From positions 121,896-185,895 of the forward strand of contig CAWHPS010000035.1 of assembly GCA_963831235.1 (NCBI GenBank): a stretch of 64,000 nt of DNA. Reading direction: 5' to 3'. The notes below the pieces were generated by a model that was given only the letters and a program-made list of their open reading frames with translations, ran no database searches and was not told where the DNA came from. The DNA is from an uncultured Fibrobacterota bacterium. Lineage in GTDB: Bacteria; Fibrobacterota; OXYB2-FULL-49-7; JAEUSG01. Position numbers and translations under genes: made by a program. Each line of letters begins with the position of its first letter. The first letter of the stretch is position 1. Positions 1-9,799 of this stretch are shown in pieces.

Positions 1-125
1 CCATTATTTAAAAAATCTTCCTTAAAAAAAGTATCTGTAACTTAATTCAATTGGTAAGTTAAAAAAAAGTCCTTGTTATATGTACACATAGATAGTTTTA
101 AAAAGAATCTATAATATATATAATA

Positions 126-719
126 TTATAAGTCCTTGTTAAAGAAAATTTCTGAAATACTTCTGAAATTTCCATTTTCAAGCTTATAAACAATATTGTT
201 GACATTGTGGATAACTTTTTCATTTTGTCTGGAAATACAATGTAACACATTATTATTAAAGGAGTTAAAATATATTAGCTTACCATTATTTTTTATATAA
301 AAAAATGCTTTTTCAATAGATAAATTAATATCCCTAAATGCTCTTGAAGTTATTACATCAAAGAAGGAGATAAAATTATACGGGTTATCATCAATTGAAA
401 TATTTAAAATTGTAAGATTATTTAAATTTATTTTATTCTTAATATTTTCAAGGAAAAATGCTTTTTTCCTTTTTATTTCAATTGAAAAAACATCAACATC
501 CGGCCTATGTATGGCAATGGGAATAGAAGGAAAGCCATTTCCACTACCCATATCAAGTAAACGTGAATTTTCTGGAATATTATTAAGGATTGAAATTGAA
601 TCAAGATAATGACGATTATAAATATTTTCCAAATCATTGAAAGATACAAGATTTATTTTTTTATTCCATTTTATTATTTCATCGAGATAAATCTTAATTT
701 GACTTTTTATGTCGATCAT
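126..719 (-). CDS. rsmG: 16S rRNA (guanine527-N7)-methyltransferase RsmG (GidB)
   Basis: The 197-aa ORF carries a class I SAM-binding motif [17 protein letters not shown]. It sits immediately downstream of mnmG, in the conserved gidA-gidB arrangement. Confidence 0.85.
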   Translation of the reverse strand: MIDIKSQIKIYLDEIIKWNKKINLVSFNDLENIYNRHYLDSISILNNIPENSRLLDMGSGNGFPSIPIAIHRPDVDVFSIEIKRKKAFFLENIKNKINLNNLTILNISIDDNPYNFISFFDVITSRAFRDINLSIEKAFFYIKNNGKLIYFNSFNNNVLHCISRQNEKVIHNVNNIVYKLENGNFRSISEIFFNKDL

Positions 720-2565
720 ATTTTACCATAATTACAAGTGTTTGGATATCTGAAGGACTAACACCAGAAATTCGAGCAGCCTGCCCAATAGTTGCTGGTT
801 TAATTTTATTTAGCTTTTCTTTTGCTTCAGTTGAAAGATTTTGAACACTATAATAATTAAAATGTTCAGGAATTCGTTGTCCTTCAAGTTTTTCAAAAAG
901 AGTTATGTATTCCTGTTGCTTTTTTAAATATCCTTCATACTTAATAATGATTTCTATTCTTTTTGCTTCTTCATAAGGCATGCAAAAATCATAAGAAAGA
1001 ATTTTGGAAAAAACTTCTACATTAAATTCGGGTCTTTTAATAATATTAAAAAGGGAAATATTGGAATCAAGTTCTTTTAAAGAAAGGTATTTTAAATATG
1101 GGTTTATAGTTGTTTTATCAATTTTTATTTTTTTAAAATTATCCACCCCCTTATTTATGCGTTTTATTTTATCAAATGTATTTTTATAACTTTCCTTATC
1201 AATAAGACCTAATTTAAAACCTTTTTCCATTAATCTTTCGTCAGCATTGTCCTGACGGAGTAAAATCCTAAATTCGGCACGAGAAGTAAACATCCTATAT
1301 GGCTCATCGGTTCCTTTTGTTACCAAATCATCTATAAGTACTCCAATATATGCTTCTGATCGTTTAAGGACAAATGGGGGATTACTACGAATTTTAAGTA
1401 CTGCATTTATTCCAGCAACTAAACCCTGGGCTGCAGCTTCTTCGTATCCGGATGTGCCATTAATCTGTCCAGCAAAAAAAAGATTTTCAAGGGTTTTAGA
1501 TTCCAATGTATTCTTTAGCTGCAATGGCGGAAAATAATCATATTCGATTGCATAAGCTGGTATATCTATTTCTGCATTTTCAAGACCAGGAATAGTTTTT
1601 ATTAATTCAAATTGGATCTCTTCAGGAAAACAATTTGAAAAACCATTTAGATAAATATTCGGATGGTTTCTCCCTTCAGGTTCAATGAACAATTGATGTG
1701 TTTCCTTATCAGGAAAATTGATAATTTTTGTTTCAATAGATGGGCAGTATCGGGGCCCTCTTGATTTAATATCTCCCGACGCCATAGGAGAATAAGACAT
1801 ATATTTACGAATAAGTTCATGTGTTTGCAATGTTGTTCTTGTTAAATAGCAGGGGACTTGATCAATTTTAATTTCTTTTGTTGAATATGAAAAAGGCCAC
1901 GGATGGATGTCGCCTTTTTGTTCAGAAAGACCTGAAATATTAATTGATGATCGAGAAATACGGGCTGGGGTTCCTGTTTTAAATCTATTTGAAAATATGC
2001 CGTGATTATTTAAGCATTCTGTTATACCTTTTGAAGAAGGATCCCCAATACGACCAGCATTGATATTTTTTTTTCCAATATGAATAAGGCCATTCAGAAA
2101 AGTCCCACAAGTTAAAATTACACATTTTGAATAAAATTCTTCTCTGCTCTGGGTTTCAATTCCATATACCATTTTATCTTTTATGATTAAAGAAATAACA
2201 CTTCCTTCAAGTAATGATAAACCAGGTAATTCTTTTAAATAGTTAGAAGCATAATTCATATATGCTTCTTTATCTACTTGTGCTCTAGGACCCCAAACAG
2301 CAGGTCCTTTACTTAAATTAAGCATACGAAATTGAATACCTGTAAGATCCGTAAATTTACCCATTAAACCACCGAGAACATCAATTTCTTTTACAATATG
2401 TCCTTTTGCAAGACCACCTATTGCTGGATTACAAGACATTTTACCAATTTGATATAATTTATTTGTAATCAATAAACAACTCAAACCCATTTTAATAATT
2501 GCATTTGCAGCTTCACAACCCGCATGTCCTCCGCCAACAATAATTGTATCAAATCTATTTATCAT
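694..2565 (-). CDS. mnmG: tRNA uridine 5-carboxymethylaminomethyl modification enzyme MnmG (GidA)
   Basis: The 623-aa ORF has the N-terminal FAD motif [13 protein letters not shown], the length typical of GidA, and synteny with rsmG and dnaA. Confidence 0.95.
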   Translation of the reverse strand: MINRFDTIIVGGGHAGCEAANAIIKMGLSCLLITNKLYQIGKMSCNPAIGGLAKGHIVKEIDVLGGLMGKFTDLTGIQFRMLNLSKGPAVWGPRAQVDKEAYMNYASNYLKELPGLSLLEGSVISLIIKDKMVYGIETQSREEFYSKCVILTCGTFLNGLIHIGKKNINAGRIGDPSSKGITECLNNHGIFSNRFKTGTPARISRSSINISGLSEQKGDIHPWPFSYSTKEIKIDQVPCYLTRTTLQTHELIRKYMSYSPMASGDIKSRGPRYCPSIETKIINFPDKETHQLFIEPEGRNHPNIYLNGFSNCFPEEIQFELIKTIPGLENAEIDIPAYAIEYDYFPPLQLKNTLESKTLENLFFAGQINGTSGYEEAAAQGLVAGINAVLKIRSNPPFVLKRSEAYIGVLIDDLVTKGTDEPYRMFTSRAEFRILLRQDNADERLMEKGFKLGLIDKESYKNTFDKIKRINKGVDNFKKIKIDKTTINPYLKYLSLKELDSNISLFNIIKRPEFNVEVFSKILSYDFCMPYEEAKRIEIIIKYEGYLKKQQEYITLFEKLEGQRIPEHFNYYSVQNLSTEAKEKLNKIKPATIGQAARISGVSPSDIQTLVIMVKYDRHKKSN

Positions 2566-2817
2566 TATTTTGTTTCACGTGAAACAGGGATTAAATTATT
2601 AATTATATTATATATCTTTAAATTAATCATAAGATATTTAATAGTGAGTATTTTGATGATAACTTATGTAATATATTACAATTAATAGTGTTATATCGAT
2701 TTTTTTTGTTTAAAAAGTGTTTATAATTCAATATAAATTTGTTAATAATAATAATTATTTGTTAATAATTAAGGAAAAGACTTATTTTAAAATATAATAA
2801 TGTTAATATGTTAATAA
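2566..2817. other. AT-rich intergenic region between dnaA 3' end and mnmG start; candidate oriC / replication-origin-associated region
   Basis: The region is about 250 bp and more than 80% AT. It contains repeated TGTTAATAAT-like motifs (tttgttaataataataattatttgttaataatt...atgttaatatgttaataatta). It lies between dnaA and gidA, a position often occupied by oriC. No canonical TTATCCACA DnaA boxes were seen. Confidence 0.3.
2573..2586. promoter_or_regulatory. Perfect 14-bp palindrome GTTTCACGTGAAAC in mnmG 5' leader (8-21 nt upstream of start codon)
   Basis: The palindrome is read directly from the sequence. It occupies the position where a Shine-Dalgarno sequence would be expected, and no SD is present. 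It could form an RNA hairpin or act as a dimeric transcription-factor site with a CACGTG core. Confidence 0.4.
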
Positions 2818-4122
2818 TTATTCTTCAATTATAGATTTTGAAATTTGATAAATATCATTTTTAATTTTAATATCATTTTTTATAATATTTTCAATATTGT
2901 TATATCCATGAATAATTGTACTGTGATCTTTCATAAAAATTTTCCCTATATTTTTTAAAGAAGAGCTTGTTAATTTTCTTGAAAGATACATTGCAACTTG
3001 TCTTGGAATTACAAATTCTTTTTCTCTGCTACCTTTTATTATTTTTTCTCTAGGTATATTATAATATGTTGAAACTTTATCAATTACCTGTTCAACATAA
3101 ATTTTTTTATTTTCATTTTCATTTTTCAACTCTAAAATTTCAATTGATTTTGTGTAATCAATATCAATTTTATACATTGAAGAATATGCCAAAAGCTTTA
3201 TTAAATACCCTTCCATTTCCCTAATGTTATTTGATGAATTTTTTGCTATATATTCAATTACATTTTCAGGTAAACTTAGGTTATTCCTTTTTGCTTTATT
3301 ATGTAAAATTGCTATTTTTGTTTCATATGCAGGTGGTTGAATATCAACTGTAAGACCACTCTGAAACCTTGAAATTAATCTTTCTTCTAATCCAGTGATG
3401 TCTTTTGGAATTTTATCGCTTGTTACAACAATTTGTTTTCCATTATTAAATAAATCATTAAATATATGGAAAAATACTTCCTGGGTTCCTTCTTTTCCAG
3501 ATAAAAACTGAATATCATCAACTAATAAAACATCACATATTTTATATAGTTTGTTAAATTCACCGGTTTTCTTCATTTCTATGTATTTTATAAATTCGTC
3601 CATAAACTGCACTGAATTAGTAAAAATAATTTTTTCTTCTTTCTTTTTACTTAAAATCCGATTTCCAATTGCTTGAAGTATATGTGTTTTCCCCAACCCA
3701 CTTTTCCCATAAATAAATAATGGATTGAATTTTGTTTTTCCTGGGGACTCTGAAACAGCAACACATGCCGAATGAGCAAACTCATTGTTTGTTCCAACTA
3801 TAAAGTTTTCAAAAGTATATTCTTTATTTAGGGCTTTACTTATGTCTATTGGTAAAACATTTTCTTCTTGTGTTGATTTTTCAAACTTTACTTTTATTTT
3901 TACCGTAAATCCTGTTTTTTGTTTTATTGTTTCCACTAAAAGGTAGTTATATTTATCTTCAATAAAATTTGCGTGTATTTCACCTTTAGGTGTATTTATT
4001 ATTGCTTCTTTTTCAGTTAAGCTTGTTAAAATAGTGGGTTCGAGCCAGGTTTTAAAGGATTCTTCTCTGACATTCTTGCTAATCAAAGAAAGACATTCTT
4101 TCCATATTTTATTTAAATCCAT
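2818..4122 (-). CDS. dnaA: Chromosomal replication initiator protein DnaA
   Basis: The 434-aa ORF has the AAA+ Walker A motif GKSGLGKTHIL and the C-terminal DnaA DNA-binding region (VAMYLSRKLT, KDHSTI). It lies divergent to rpmH. Confidence 0.95.
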   Translation of the reverse strand: MDLNKIWKECLSLISKNVREESFKTWLEPTILTSLTEKEAIINTPKGEIHANFIEDKYNYLLVETIKQKTGFTVKIKVKFEKSTQEENVLPIDISKALNKEYTFENFIVGTNNEFAHSACVAVSESPGKTKFNPLFIYGKSGLGKTHILQAIGNRILSKKKEEKIIFTNSVQFMDEFIKYIEMKKTGEFNKLYKICDVLLVDDIQFLSGKEGTQEVFFHIFNDLFNNGKQIVVTSDKIPKDITGLEERLISRFQSGLTVDIQPPAYETKIAILHNKAKRNNLSLPENVIEYIAKNSSNNIREMEGYLIKLLAYSSMYKIDIDYTKSIEILELKNENENKKIYVEQVIDKVSTYYNIPREKIIKGSREKEFVIPRQVAMYLSRKLTSSSLKNIGKIFMKDHSTIIHGYNNIENIIKNDIKIKNDIYQISKSIIEE

Positions 4123-4212
4123 TTTTTTCCTTTAAACTATAGAGATTAAATATATTATTTTTCAGATCTCGATAATAAGAACATCATAACATTTAAAAAG
4201 GAGATTTATTTC

Positions 4213-4362
4213 ATGCGCCAGCAGACACTTAATCGAACCTCTAATAAAAAAAGAAAACACAAACATGGTTTTCGTGAGCGTATGAAGACCAAGCAAGGGC
4301 GTGATGTTTTAAAACGGAGAAGGGCAAAAGGAAGAAAGAGGTTGACTGTCTCCGACGAATAA
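4213..4362 (+). CDS. rpmH: 50S ribosomal protein L34
   Basis: The 49-aa product [49 protein letters not shown] matches the L34 consensus. The gene is below the 60-aa cutoff of the ORF track. An AGGAG ribosome-binding site lies 8 nt upstream. Confidence 0.9.
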   Translation: MRQQTLNRTSNKKRKHKHGFRERMKTKQGRDVLKRRRAKGRKRLTVSDE

Positions 4363-4651
4363 CAGGTCAGAGGACCGTGCATCATTTTTAAAAATTAGTA
4401 CGGATCATTTTGATTTCCACTATAAAGTCAGTACAAATGGGCATGGGAACCTTTTATTTTTCTTAAGGAAAAAACATCTAAATTCTGTTAAAAGAAATCT
4501 TTTAAAAAGAAGGATAAAGGAATTTTTAAGGGTTAAATTACCTAATCATAATGAATATTCGATCAAAATATTTCTTCTTAAACCGATCGAACTAACTGGT
4601 AAGAAAACTTTATTAATTGAATTGAATATTCTCCTTTCCATTTTGGTATGA
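4346..4651 (+). CDS. rnpA: Ribonuclease P protein component RnpA (non-AUG start; 5' end uncertain)
   Basis: The frame open from 4346 encodes ...[52 protein letters not shown]..., which is RnpA-like (RNR-KRR motif region). It lies in the conserved rpmH-rnpA-yidD-yidC order and its stop overlaps the yidD ATG (ATGA). No in-frame ATG, GTG or TTG is present. Candidate starts are CTG at 4346 or ATT at 4394. Confidence 0.6.
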   Translation: MSPTNNRSEDRASFLKISTDHFDFHYKVSTNGHGNLLFFLRKKHLNSVKRNLLKRRIKEFLRVKLPNHNEYSIKIFLLKPIELTGKKTLLIELNILLSILV

Positions 4652-4860
4652 TAAAAAAAAGCATTGTTTTTTTTATTAAAATTTATAAGCTTACTATTTC
4701 TCCTTTTTTACCGCGTGTTTGTATTTATCATCCTTCCTGTTCGGAATATTCGGCAATAGCAATAAATAAATTTGGTTTTTTTAAAGGTGGTGTAATTTCT
4801 GCAATACGTATTCTTAGATGTAACCCTTTCAGCAAGGGTGGGTACGATCCTGTTCCTTAA
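4648..4860 (+). CDS. yidD: Membrane protein insertion efficiency factor YidD
   Basis: The 70-aa ORF has the conserved YidD motif ISPFLPRVCIYHPSCSEYSAIAINKFG and sits directly upstream of yidC. Confidence 0.85.
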   Translation: MIKKSIVFFIKIYKLTISPFLPRVCIYHPSCSEYSAIAINKFGFFKGGVISAIRILRCNPFSKGGYDPVP

Positions 4861-4881
4861 ACTTTTTGAGGTAAAATAAAC

Positions 4882-6654
4882 GTGGATAAAAATTTCATTA
4901 TTGCATTTTTGTTAATAATCGGCTCTTTTATATTTTTTAATAGTGACCTATATAATTATAGGCTCCTTCATAAAGAAAAACCCATCCCTAATTCCGAAGT
5001 ACCTTATAAATCAGATTTAAATTCTAAAAAAGTAATAATTCCTGATTCCTCCCCGGTAAAAGCATCCTCTAATAGTAATGATGTAAAATCTTTTTTACCC
5101 TTTCAAGGTATTAAAGATAGTCTTATATTTCAAAAACAAAAGAAAATTATAGTGGTTAGTGATCTTTATATAGCAGAATTTACAACCCTTGGAGCTCGTG
5201 CTATCTCCTGGAAGATGAAAAATTATAAGGATAAAAACGGGGAGTATTTGGACCTTATCCCGGAAAATTCTGAAGGTATGCTTAATTTTTCACTTGACAA
5301 AATAAATTTTGACTATATACTATTTGAATCAGACATAGAAGACACCATTTTTGTTAATGATAAATCCTTCCTTTCATTCAAGGGATTTTCAGGAGACAGT
5401 ATTGGAGTTGAAAAAATTATCACTTTTACAAAAGGGAAATATGATTTCGATGTTTCCATGCATTTAATCGGTAATTCAAGAGGAGAAAATTATAATTTCG
5501 GCTGGAAAAGCGGAATTTTTGAATCTGAAGCCAAATCTTCTGAATTATATTCGGACAACTCAGTTAGTGTCTATTTTGGTGACGATGTCGACAATCCCGT
5601 TGACAAAAATGACACAGTAAAGAACGTTGAGGGCTTGATTAAATGGGTCTCGCTCAGGTCCAAATATTTCAGCGGAACATTTATGCCGGAAAAAGCCGTT
5701 GATTATGACATTTCCTTCCGTAAAATTTATGATTATGAAAGAACCAATAATGAACAGAATTATTCATTTCTTTTTAATGGTAAGGTTGAATCCGGAAAAA
5801 TAAATTATAAAATAATATTATGTCCCAATAAATATTCCATTCTTGATTCTTATGACATTAAACTGGAAAAAATAATTTTTACCGGTTATACATGGTTTTT
5901 CAGAGCGGATATCTGGTTTCCCCCCCTATGCGGACTTATTCTTGATATTCTGAATTTCTTTTATGGTCTTATTCCAAATTATGGAATTGCCATTCTTTTT
6001 CTTACATTATTAAGTAAAATTGTCACACTTCCTCTTACAATGAAAAGCTCCAAATCAATGGCCAGAATGAAACTTCTTCAGCCTAAAATTGATGCGATAA
6101 GGGCTCAGTATAAAAGCGATCCTCTTTCAATGAATAAAGCTGTCATGAAACTTTATAAAGATGAAGGTGTAAACCCTATCGGCGCCGGAGGATGCCTTCC
6201 AATGATCCTTCAGATGCCTATTTTTATCGCGCTTTTTGTTGCCCTGAGAAAATCCATAGAACTTCGTGGAGCACCATTTTTATTATGGATTACGGATTTA
6301 TCCGGCCCTGAAGCGCTTTACATGTTACCTTCCAAGGTTTTTTTCTATGGCCCAAATGTTTCTGTTTTAACATTTATAATGGCCATTACAATGTTTTTTC
6401 AAAGCAAACAGACAATGACGGATCCAAAACAGAAAAGCTTGATATATATCATGCCCCTTGTAATGCTTTTCATGCTTAACAGCATGCCTGCGGGTCTTAT
6501 GTTGTACTGGTCGTTCAGCAATATTCTCGGTATATTACAAAATGTACTTATCAAAGTGAATCCTGAAGATTTGAAAAATAAGCCCAGGCCCAAGCGCAGC
6601 CTTTTCAAGGCCCCTTCATACAATGAAATGCTAAAAAGAATGGGAAGAAAATAG
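4882..6654 (+). CDS. yidC: Membrane protein insertase YidC (long periplasmic N-domain form)
   Basis: The 590-aa ORF starts with GTG. An N-terminal TM segment is followed by a large periplasmic domain and a C-terminal 5-TM 60-kDa inner-membrane protein domain (LLSKIVTLPLTMKSSKSMARMKLLQPKIDAIRAQYK...PMYLQMPIFIALF). Confidence 0.9.
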   Translation: MDKNFIIAFLLIIGSFIFFNSDLYNYRLLHKEKPIPNSEVPYKSDLNSKKVIIPDSSPVKASSNSNDVKSFLPFQGIKDSLIFQKQKKIIVVSDLYIAEFTTLGARAISWKMKNYKDKNGEYLDLIPENSEGMLNFSLDKINFDYILFESDIEDTIFVNDKSFLSFKGFSGDSIGVEKIITFTKGKYDFDVSMHLIGNSRGENYNFGWKSGIFESEAKSSELYSDNSVSVYFGDDVDNPVDKNDTVKNVEGLIKWVSLRSKYFSGTFMPEKAVDYDISFRKIYDYERTNNEQNYSFLFNGKVESGKINYKIILCPNKYSILDSYDIKLEKIIFTGYTWFFRADIWFPPLCGLILDILNFFYGLIPNYGIAILFLTLLSKIVTLPLTMKSSKSMARMKLLQPKIDAIRAQYKSDPLSMNKAVMKLYKDEGVNPIGAGGCLPMILQMPIFIALFVALRKSIELRGAPFLLWITDLSGPEALYMLPSKVFFYGPNVSVLTFIMAITMFFQSKQTMTDPKQKSLIYIMPLVMLFMLNSMPAGLMLYWSFSNILGILQNVLIKVNPEDLKNKPRPKRSLFKAPSYNEMLKRMGRK

Positions 6655-6800
6655 ATAACTGTTCAGGCATTTCGCCGGTCCCCGAGCGATGCACCGAGTT
6701 TGTCGAGGTGTGCCAGCCGGGTGCCTCGATACATCCGCCGATCCCCGAGTAGCGCCTTTGGCGCGTATCGAGGGGCCGGCAAAACGACTGAACAGTTACG
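6655..6800. repeat. GC-rich MITE-like repeat, copy A (TIR ATAACTGTTCAGG ... CTGAACAGTTACG)
   Basis: The element is about 146 bp and roughly 65% GC. It contains the core ...CGCCGGTCCCCGAGCGATGCACCGAG...GTGCCTCGATACATCCGCC..., which is shared with copies at 23478, 27510 and 46990. It is flanked by inverted repeats AACTGTTCAG and CTGAACAGTT. It lies between the yidC stop and the recN start, ending 15 bp before the recN ATG. Confidence 0.7.
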
Positions 6801-6815
6801 AAAATAGATTGAAAA

Positions 6816-8462
6816 ATGCTTACCCAATTTTCCATCCGAGATTACGTTCTTGTTGATAAACTTGACCTTGAATTTGGCAAAGGGCTGAATATAATAACGG
6901 GTGAAACCGGTGCTGGAAAGTCGATTATAGTTGAAGCGCTCTTACTTCTTCTTGGTGATAGGGCAAAAACAGATGTGATTCGTACTAACAAGGAAAAAGC
7001 AATTATACAAGGGACTTTTTCTCTTGGCAATAACAAATCTATTATAAAATATTTTAAAGAACAGGGCGTTGATATTTTTAATGATGAAATAATGATCCGC
7101 CGTGAAATCGTAAATGATGGTAAAAACAGATGTTTTATAAATGGAATGCCCTCAACCCTTCAAATCGCAAAAGCAATAGGTGAACTATTGGTCGATTTCC
7201 ATGGACAAAACGAACATCAATCACTTTTCAAACCTGAAAACCATCTTTCTTTTCTTGATTCATATACTGGAATAGAAAAAGACCTGACAGTATATTCCGA
7301 AATATTTCACAAATTCAAGGATAAAAAAGAACTCCTGTCCAATCTTATTTTGAAAGAAAAATCAATTACAGAAAAGAAGGATTTTCTTCTTCATCAGTTT
7401 AATGAATTAAAAAGCTCTGTTATTTACGAGGGCAGGGAAAAAGAACTTCTATCAAGGATTCATTACCTTGAAGGGGGCCGGAAAGCAAAAGATTTATTGA
7501 ATGAGATTGCAACCCTGTTAAATAACGATCTTTCCGCAAGATTTCTTCGTGCGCAAAAACCTTTGGAGAAACTTGCTGAAATAGATTCAGGATTTGCAGA
7601 TAGGCTAAAGACTTTTAATGAAATAAGAATTTTTTTGAATGATTTAATATCAAGTTTTCCTGATGGTTCTTCGGATGAAAAGGCGGATGAGTGGAACCTT
7701 GATGATTTAAATTCCCAACTTTCGGTAATAAGCAAACTTAAAAGGAAATATAATCGAGATGAGGCATGTCTTTTGTCCTTAATGCAGGAAACAAAGAAAG
7801 ACCTGGATTTTCTTGAAAACACTGTTATTGAAAAAGAGGATCTCGAAAAGGAAATATCATACCTTGAAAAAGATTTAATACAAAAGAGTGAGTTAATATC
7901 TCAATTGCGTAAAAAGGCCGCAACCAAATTGGAATTAAAAGTATTGTATTTTTTAAAGCAGATGAATATGGACCATGCTATATTGTCAATATCTTTTTCT
8001 CGGAAAGAGCAATTTGATTCTGATGGATTAGATATTATTCAATTTATGTTTTCAGCAAATCCGGGTGAACCTGTTAGACCTCTGTCCAAAATTGCATCTG
8101 GGGGTGAAATTTCAAGGGTAATGCTTGCAATAAAAAGCGTTTTAGCGGAAAAGGATAAGACACCTGTTTTGATTTTTGATGAAATTGATGCTGGAATAGG
8201 CGGAATCACATCGGAAAAAGTTGGGCTTCTTCTTAAAGATCTTTCAAAATATCATCAGATTTTTTGTATAACCCATTCTCATCAGATTGCAAAAGAAGCG
8301 GATATTCATTTTTCCGTTGATAAAAAGATTTCAGCAAATCATACATCAATCACCATGAAGATCCTGGAAGAAGAAGATCGTATTAAAGAAATTTCGAGAA
8401 TGCTTGGTGGCATAAATTCAAAAACAGCCCGTACACATGCGGAATCTCTTATTAGGAGGTAA
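6816..8462 (+). CDS. recN: DNA repair protein RecN
   Basis: The 548-aa ORF has the N-terminal Walker A motif GETGAGKSIIVEAL, a long coiled-coil middle region, and a C-terminal SMC signature/Walker B (LSKIASGGEISRVMLAIK...LIFDEIDAGIGG). Confidence 0.9.
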   Translation: MLTQFSIRDYVLVDKLDLEFGKGLNIITGETGAGKSIIVEALLLLLGDRAKTDVIRTNKEKAIIQGTFSLGNNKSIIKYFKEQGVDIFNDEIMIRREIVNDGKNRCFINGMPSTLQIAKAIGELLVDFHGQNEHQSLFKPENHLSFLDSYTGIEKDLTVYSEIFHKFKDKKELLSNLILKEKSITEKKDFLLHQFNELKSSVIYEGREKELLSRIHYLEGGRKAKDLLNEIATLLNNDLSARFLRAQKPLEKLAEIDSGFADRLKTFNEIRIFLNDLISSFPDGSSDEKADEWNLDDLNSQLSVISKLKRKYNRDEACLLSLMQETKKDLDFLENTVIEKEDLEKEISYLEKDLIQKSELISQLRKKAATKLELKVLYFLKQMNMDHAILSISFSRKEQFDSDGLDIIQFMFSANPGEPVRPLSKIASGGEISRVMLAIKSVLAEKDKTPVLIFDEIDAGIGGITSEKVGLLLKDLSKYHQIFCITHSHQIAKEADIHFSVDKKISANHTSITMKILEEEDRIKEISRMLGGINSKTARTHAESLIRR

Positions 8463-8464
8463 TT

Positions 8465-9643
8465 TTGCCCAATCCCCCTGAAAACCGTGAAATAGGTTTT
8501 TGGATTAAAGTCACGTCCTTATTTAAAATTGTTTTCATGCTCGTGGTTATTAATTACCTACGCTACGGGCAAAACAACATCGCATTATCTGTTTTTTCAG
8601 GAATAATCATTCTTGCGCTTTTAGAAAGGATTTCCAATAAACTTTCAAGCCGTGTATGTTCTGCATTAACAAATAGAGTAACTCTTATCCCTGTTTTAAT
8701 ATGTCTTACAATAGAAGAGATCCAAATTTCAGCTAAATTTCCGATACTTATGTTTCTTGGGATGATTTTTATAACATTTAAAGAGATGTTTTTTATACGG
8801 CATGGGTATAATTTTCTATTCAAGGGCGAAGAATATATTGAGCTTAGAAAAATGCAGAAGATAAATGCATCAAGCCTTGCAATTGTTGTCATACTTTACA
8901 TATTGCAGCTCGAACCATATAATAATATTGCAATGCTGGGTGTGATAGTAATCTCAGTAATAAATATATGCGCCTTTTTATGGAAAAAACTGAAGCAGAA
9001 AAGAGGCATAAAGGACGTCAATCTTGCAACAAAAATCACACTCATGCGTCTTCTTATGAGCCCGGCGTTTTTAATTGTTTATTTTTATGATCGTAATCCT
9101 GATTTTTCCGATAATTCTCTAACCCTTCAGATTTTGGCAATTCTATTTTCCATATTTTTTGTTGTAACCGATGGTCTGGATGGCTATTTCGCACGGAAAA
9201 GAAATGAAGTTACAAAACTTGGGAAATATCTTGATCCATTTTCAGACAAAATCTGCACCATGACGATATTTTTGTGTTTTGTTGCTAGTAATTATGCTCC
9301 AGTATGGATGATTGCCCTTATTTATTATCGGGAAGCGTCCATTTCAGTAATTCGCACTCTTGCCGCAGCCGAGAACGTTGTAATTGCCGCAAGGCCCTCT
9401 GGAAAATGGAAAACAGGGCTTCAGGGAACTGCAATTATTACGCTTCTTGTTTTAGCAACTATTATAAGCGAATTATCAAGGAGTGTTTTTCCGTCTATTT
9501 ATCCTGCTTTATACGCTGATTTTCTCCTTATTTGGAATTATGTTCCTTTTGCCATGATTGGCCTTGTAACATTGGTAACGATTTCTTCTGGTGTTGATTA
9601 TGTAATTGCGAGTCGTGATATTCTGGATAAATATTTTCGTTGA
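8465..9643 (+). CDS. CDP-alcohol phosphatidyltransferase family membrane protein (N-terminal extension with extra TM helices; start uncertain)
   Basis: The 392-aa polytopic membrane protein carries the CDP-OH phosphatidyltransferase signature DGLDGYFARKRNEVTKLGKYLDPFSDKI (D-G-x2-A-R-x8-G-x3-D-x3-D). Confidence 0.6.
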   Translation: MPNPPENREIGFWIKVTSLFKIVFMLVVINYLRYGQNNIALSVFSGIIILALLERISNKLSSRVCSALTNRVTLIPVLICLTIEEIQISAKFPILMFLGMIFITFKEMFFIRHGYNFLFKGEEYIELRKMQKINASSLAIVVILYILQLEPYNNIAMLGVIVISVINICAFLWKKLKQKRGIKDVNLATKITLMRLLMSPAFLIVYFYDRNPDFSDNSLTLQILAILFSIFFVVTDGLDGYFARKRNEVTKLGKYLDPFSDKICTMTIFLCFVASNYAPVWMIALIYYREASISVIRTLAAAENVVIAARPSGKWKTGLQGTAIITLLVLATIISELSRSVFPSIYPALYADFLLIWNYVPFAMIGLVTLVTISSGVDYVIASRDILDKYFR

Positions 9644-9674
9644 TGCAAGGGAATTATATTAAAATACGTTTGCC

Positions 9675-9745
9675 GGGGCTTCGATACATTTGCTTTATTC
9701 TAATGAATCAGCAGACACTCAGCCACCGACAGGTGTAACAAAGGT
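9675..9745. repeat. Degenerate fragment of the GC-rich MITE family
   Basis: The fragment tttGCCGGGGCTTCGATACATttgc...CAGCAGACACTCAGCCACCGACAGG resembles the MITE core segments GCCGGGTGCCTCGATACATCCGCC and CAGCGGACACTCGGCAACCGGCTG. It has no terminal inverted repeats and looks like an AT-drifted relic. Confidence 0.4.
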
Positions 9746-9799
9746 TTGGCAAATTACTTGTTGCAGCTGAATTTTAATATTTGCCAATAAAGGGATAAA

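Noticed and set aside
4123-4212. A search for canonical DnaA boxes (TTATCCACA) in the dnaA-rpmH and dnaA-mnmG gaps.
   Set aside because: None were found by eye. The origin assignment is therefore kept tentative and no DnaA-box features are reported.
7463-7822. A minus-strand 119-aa ORF and other antisense ORFs inside recN, cdsA-like, galK and the pit genes (for example 8563..8892, 9994..10293, 11871..12251, 14257..14553).
   Set aside because: They overlap well-supported genes on the other strand, lack ribosome-binding sites, and have low-complexity compositions.
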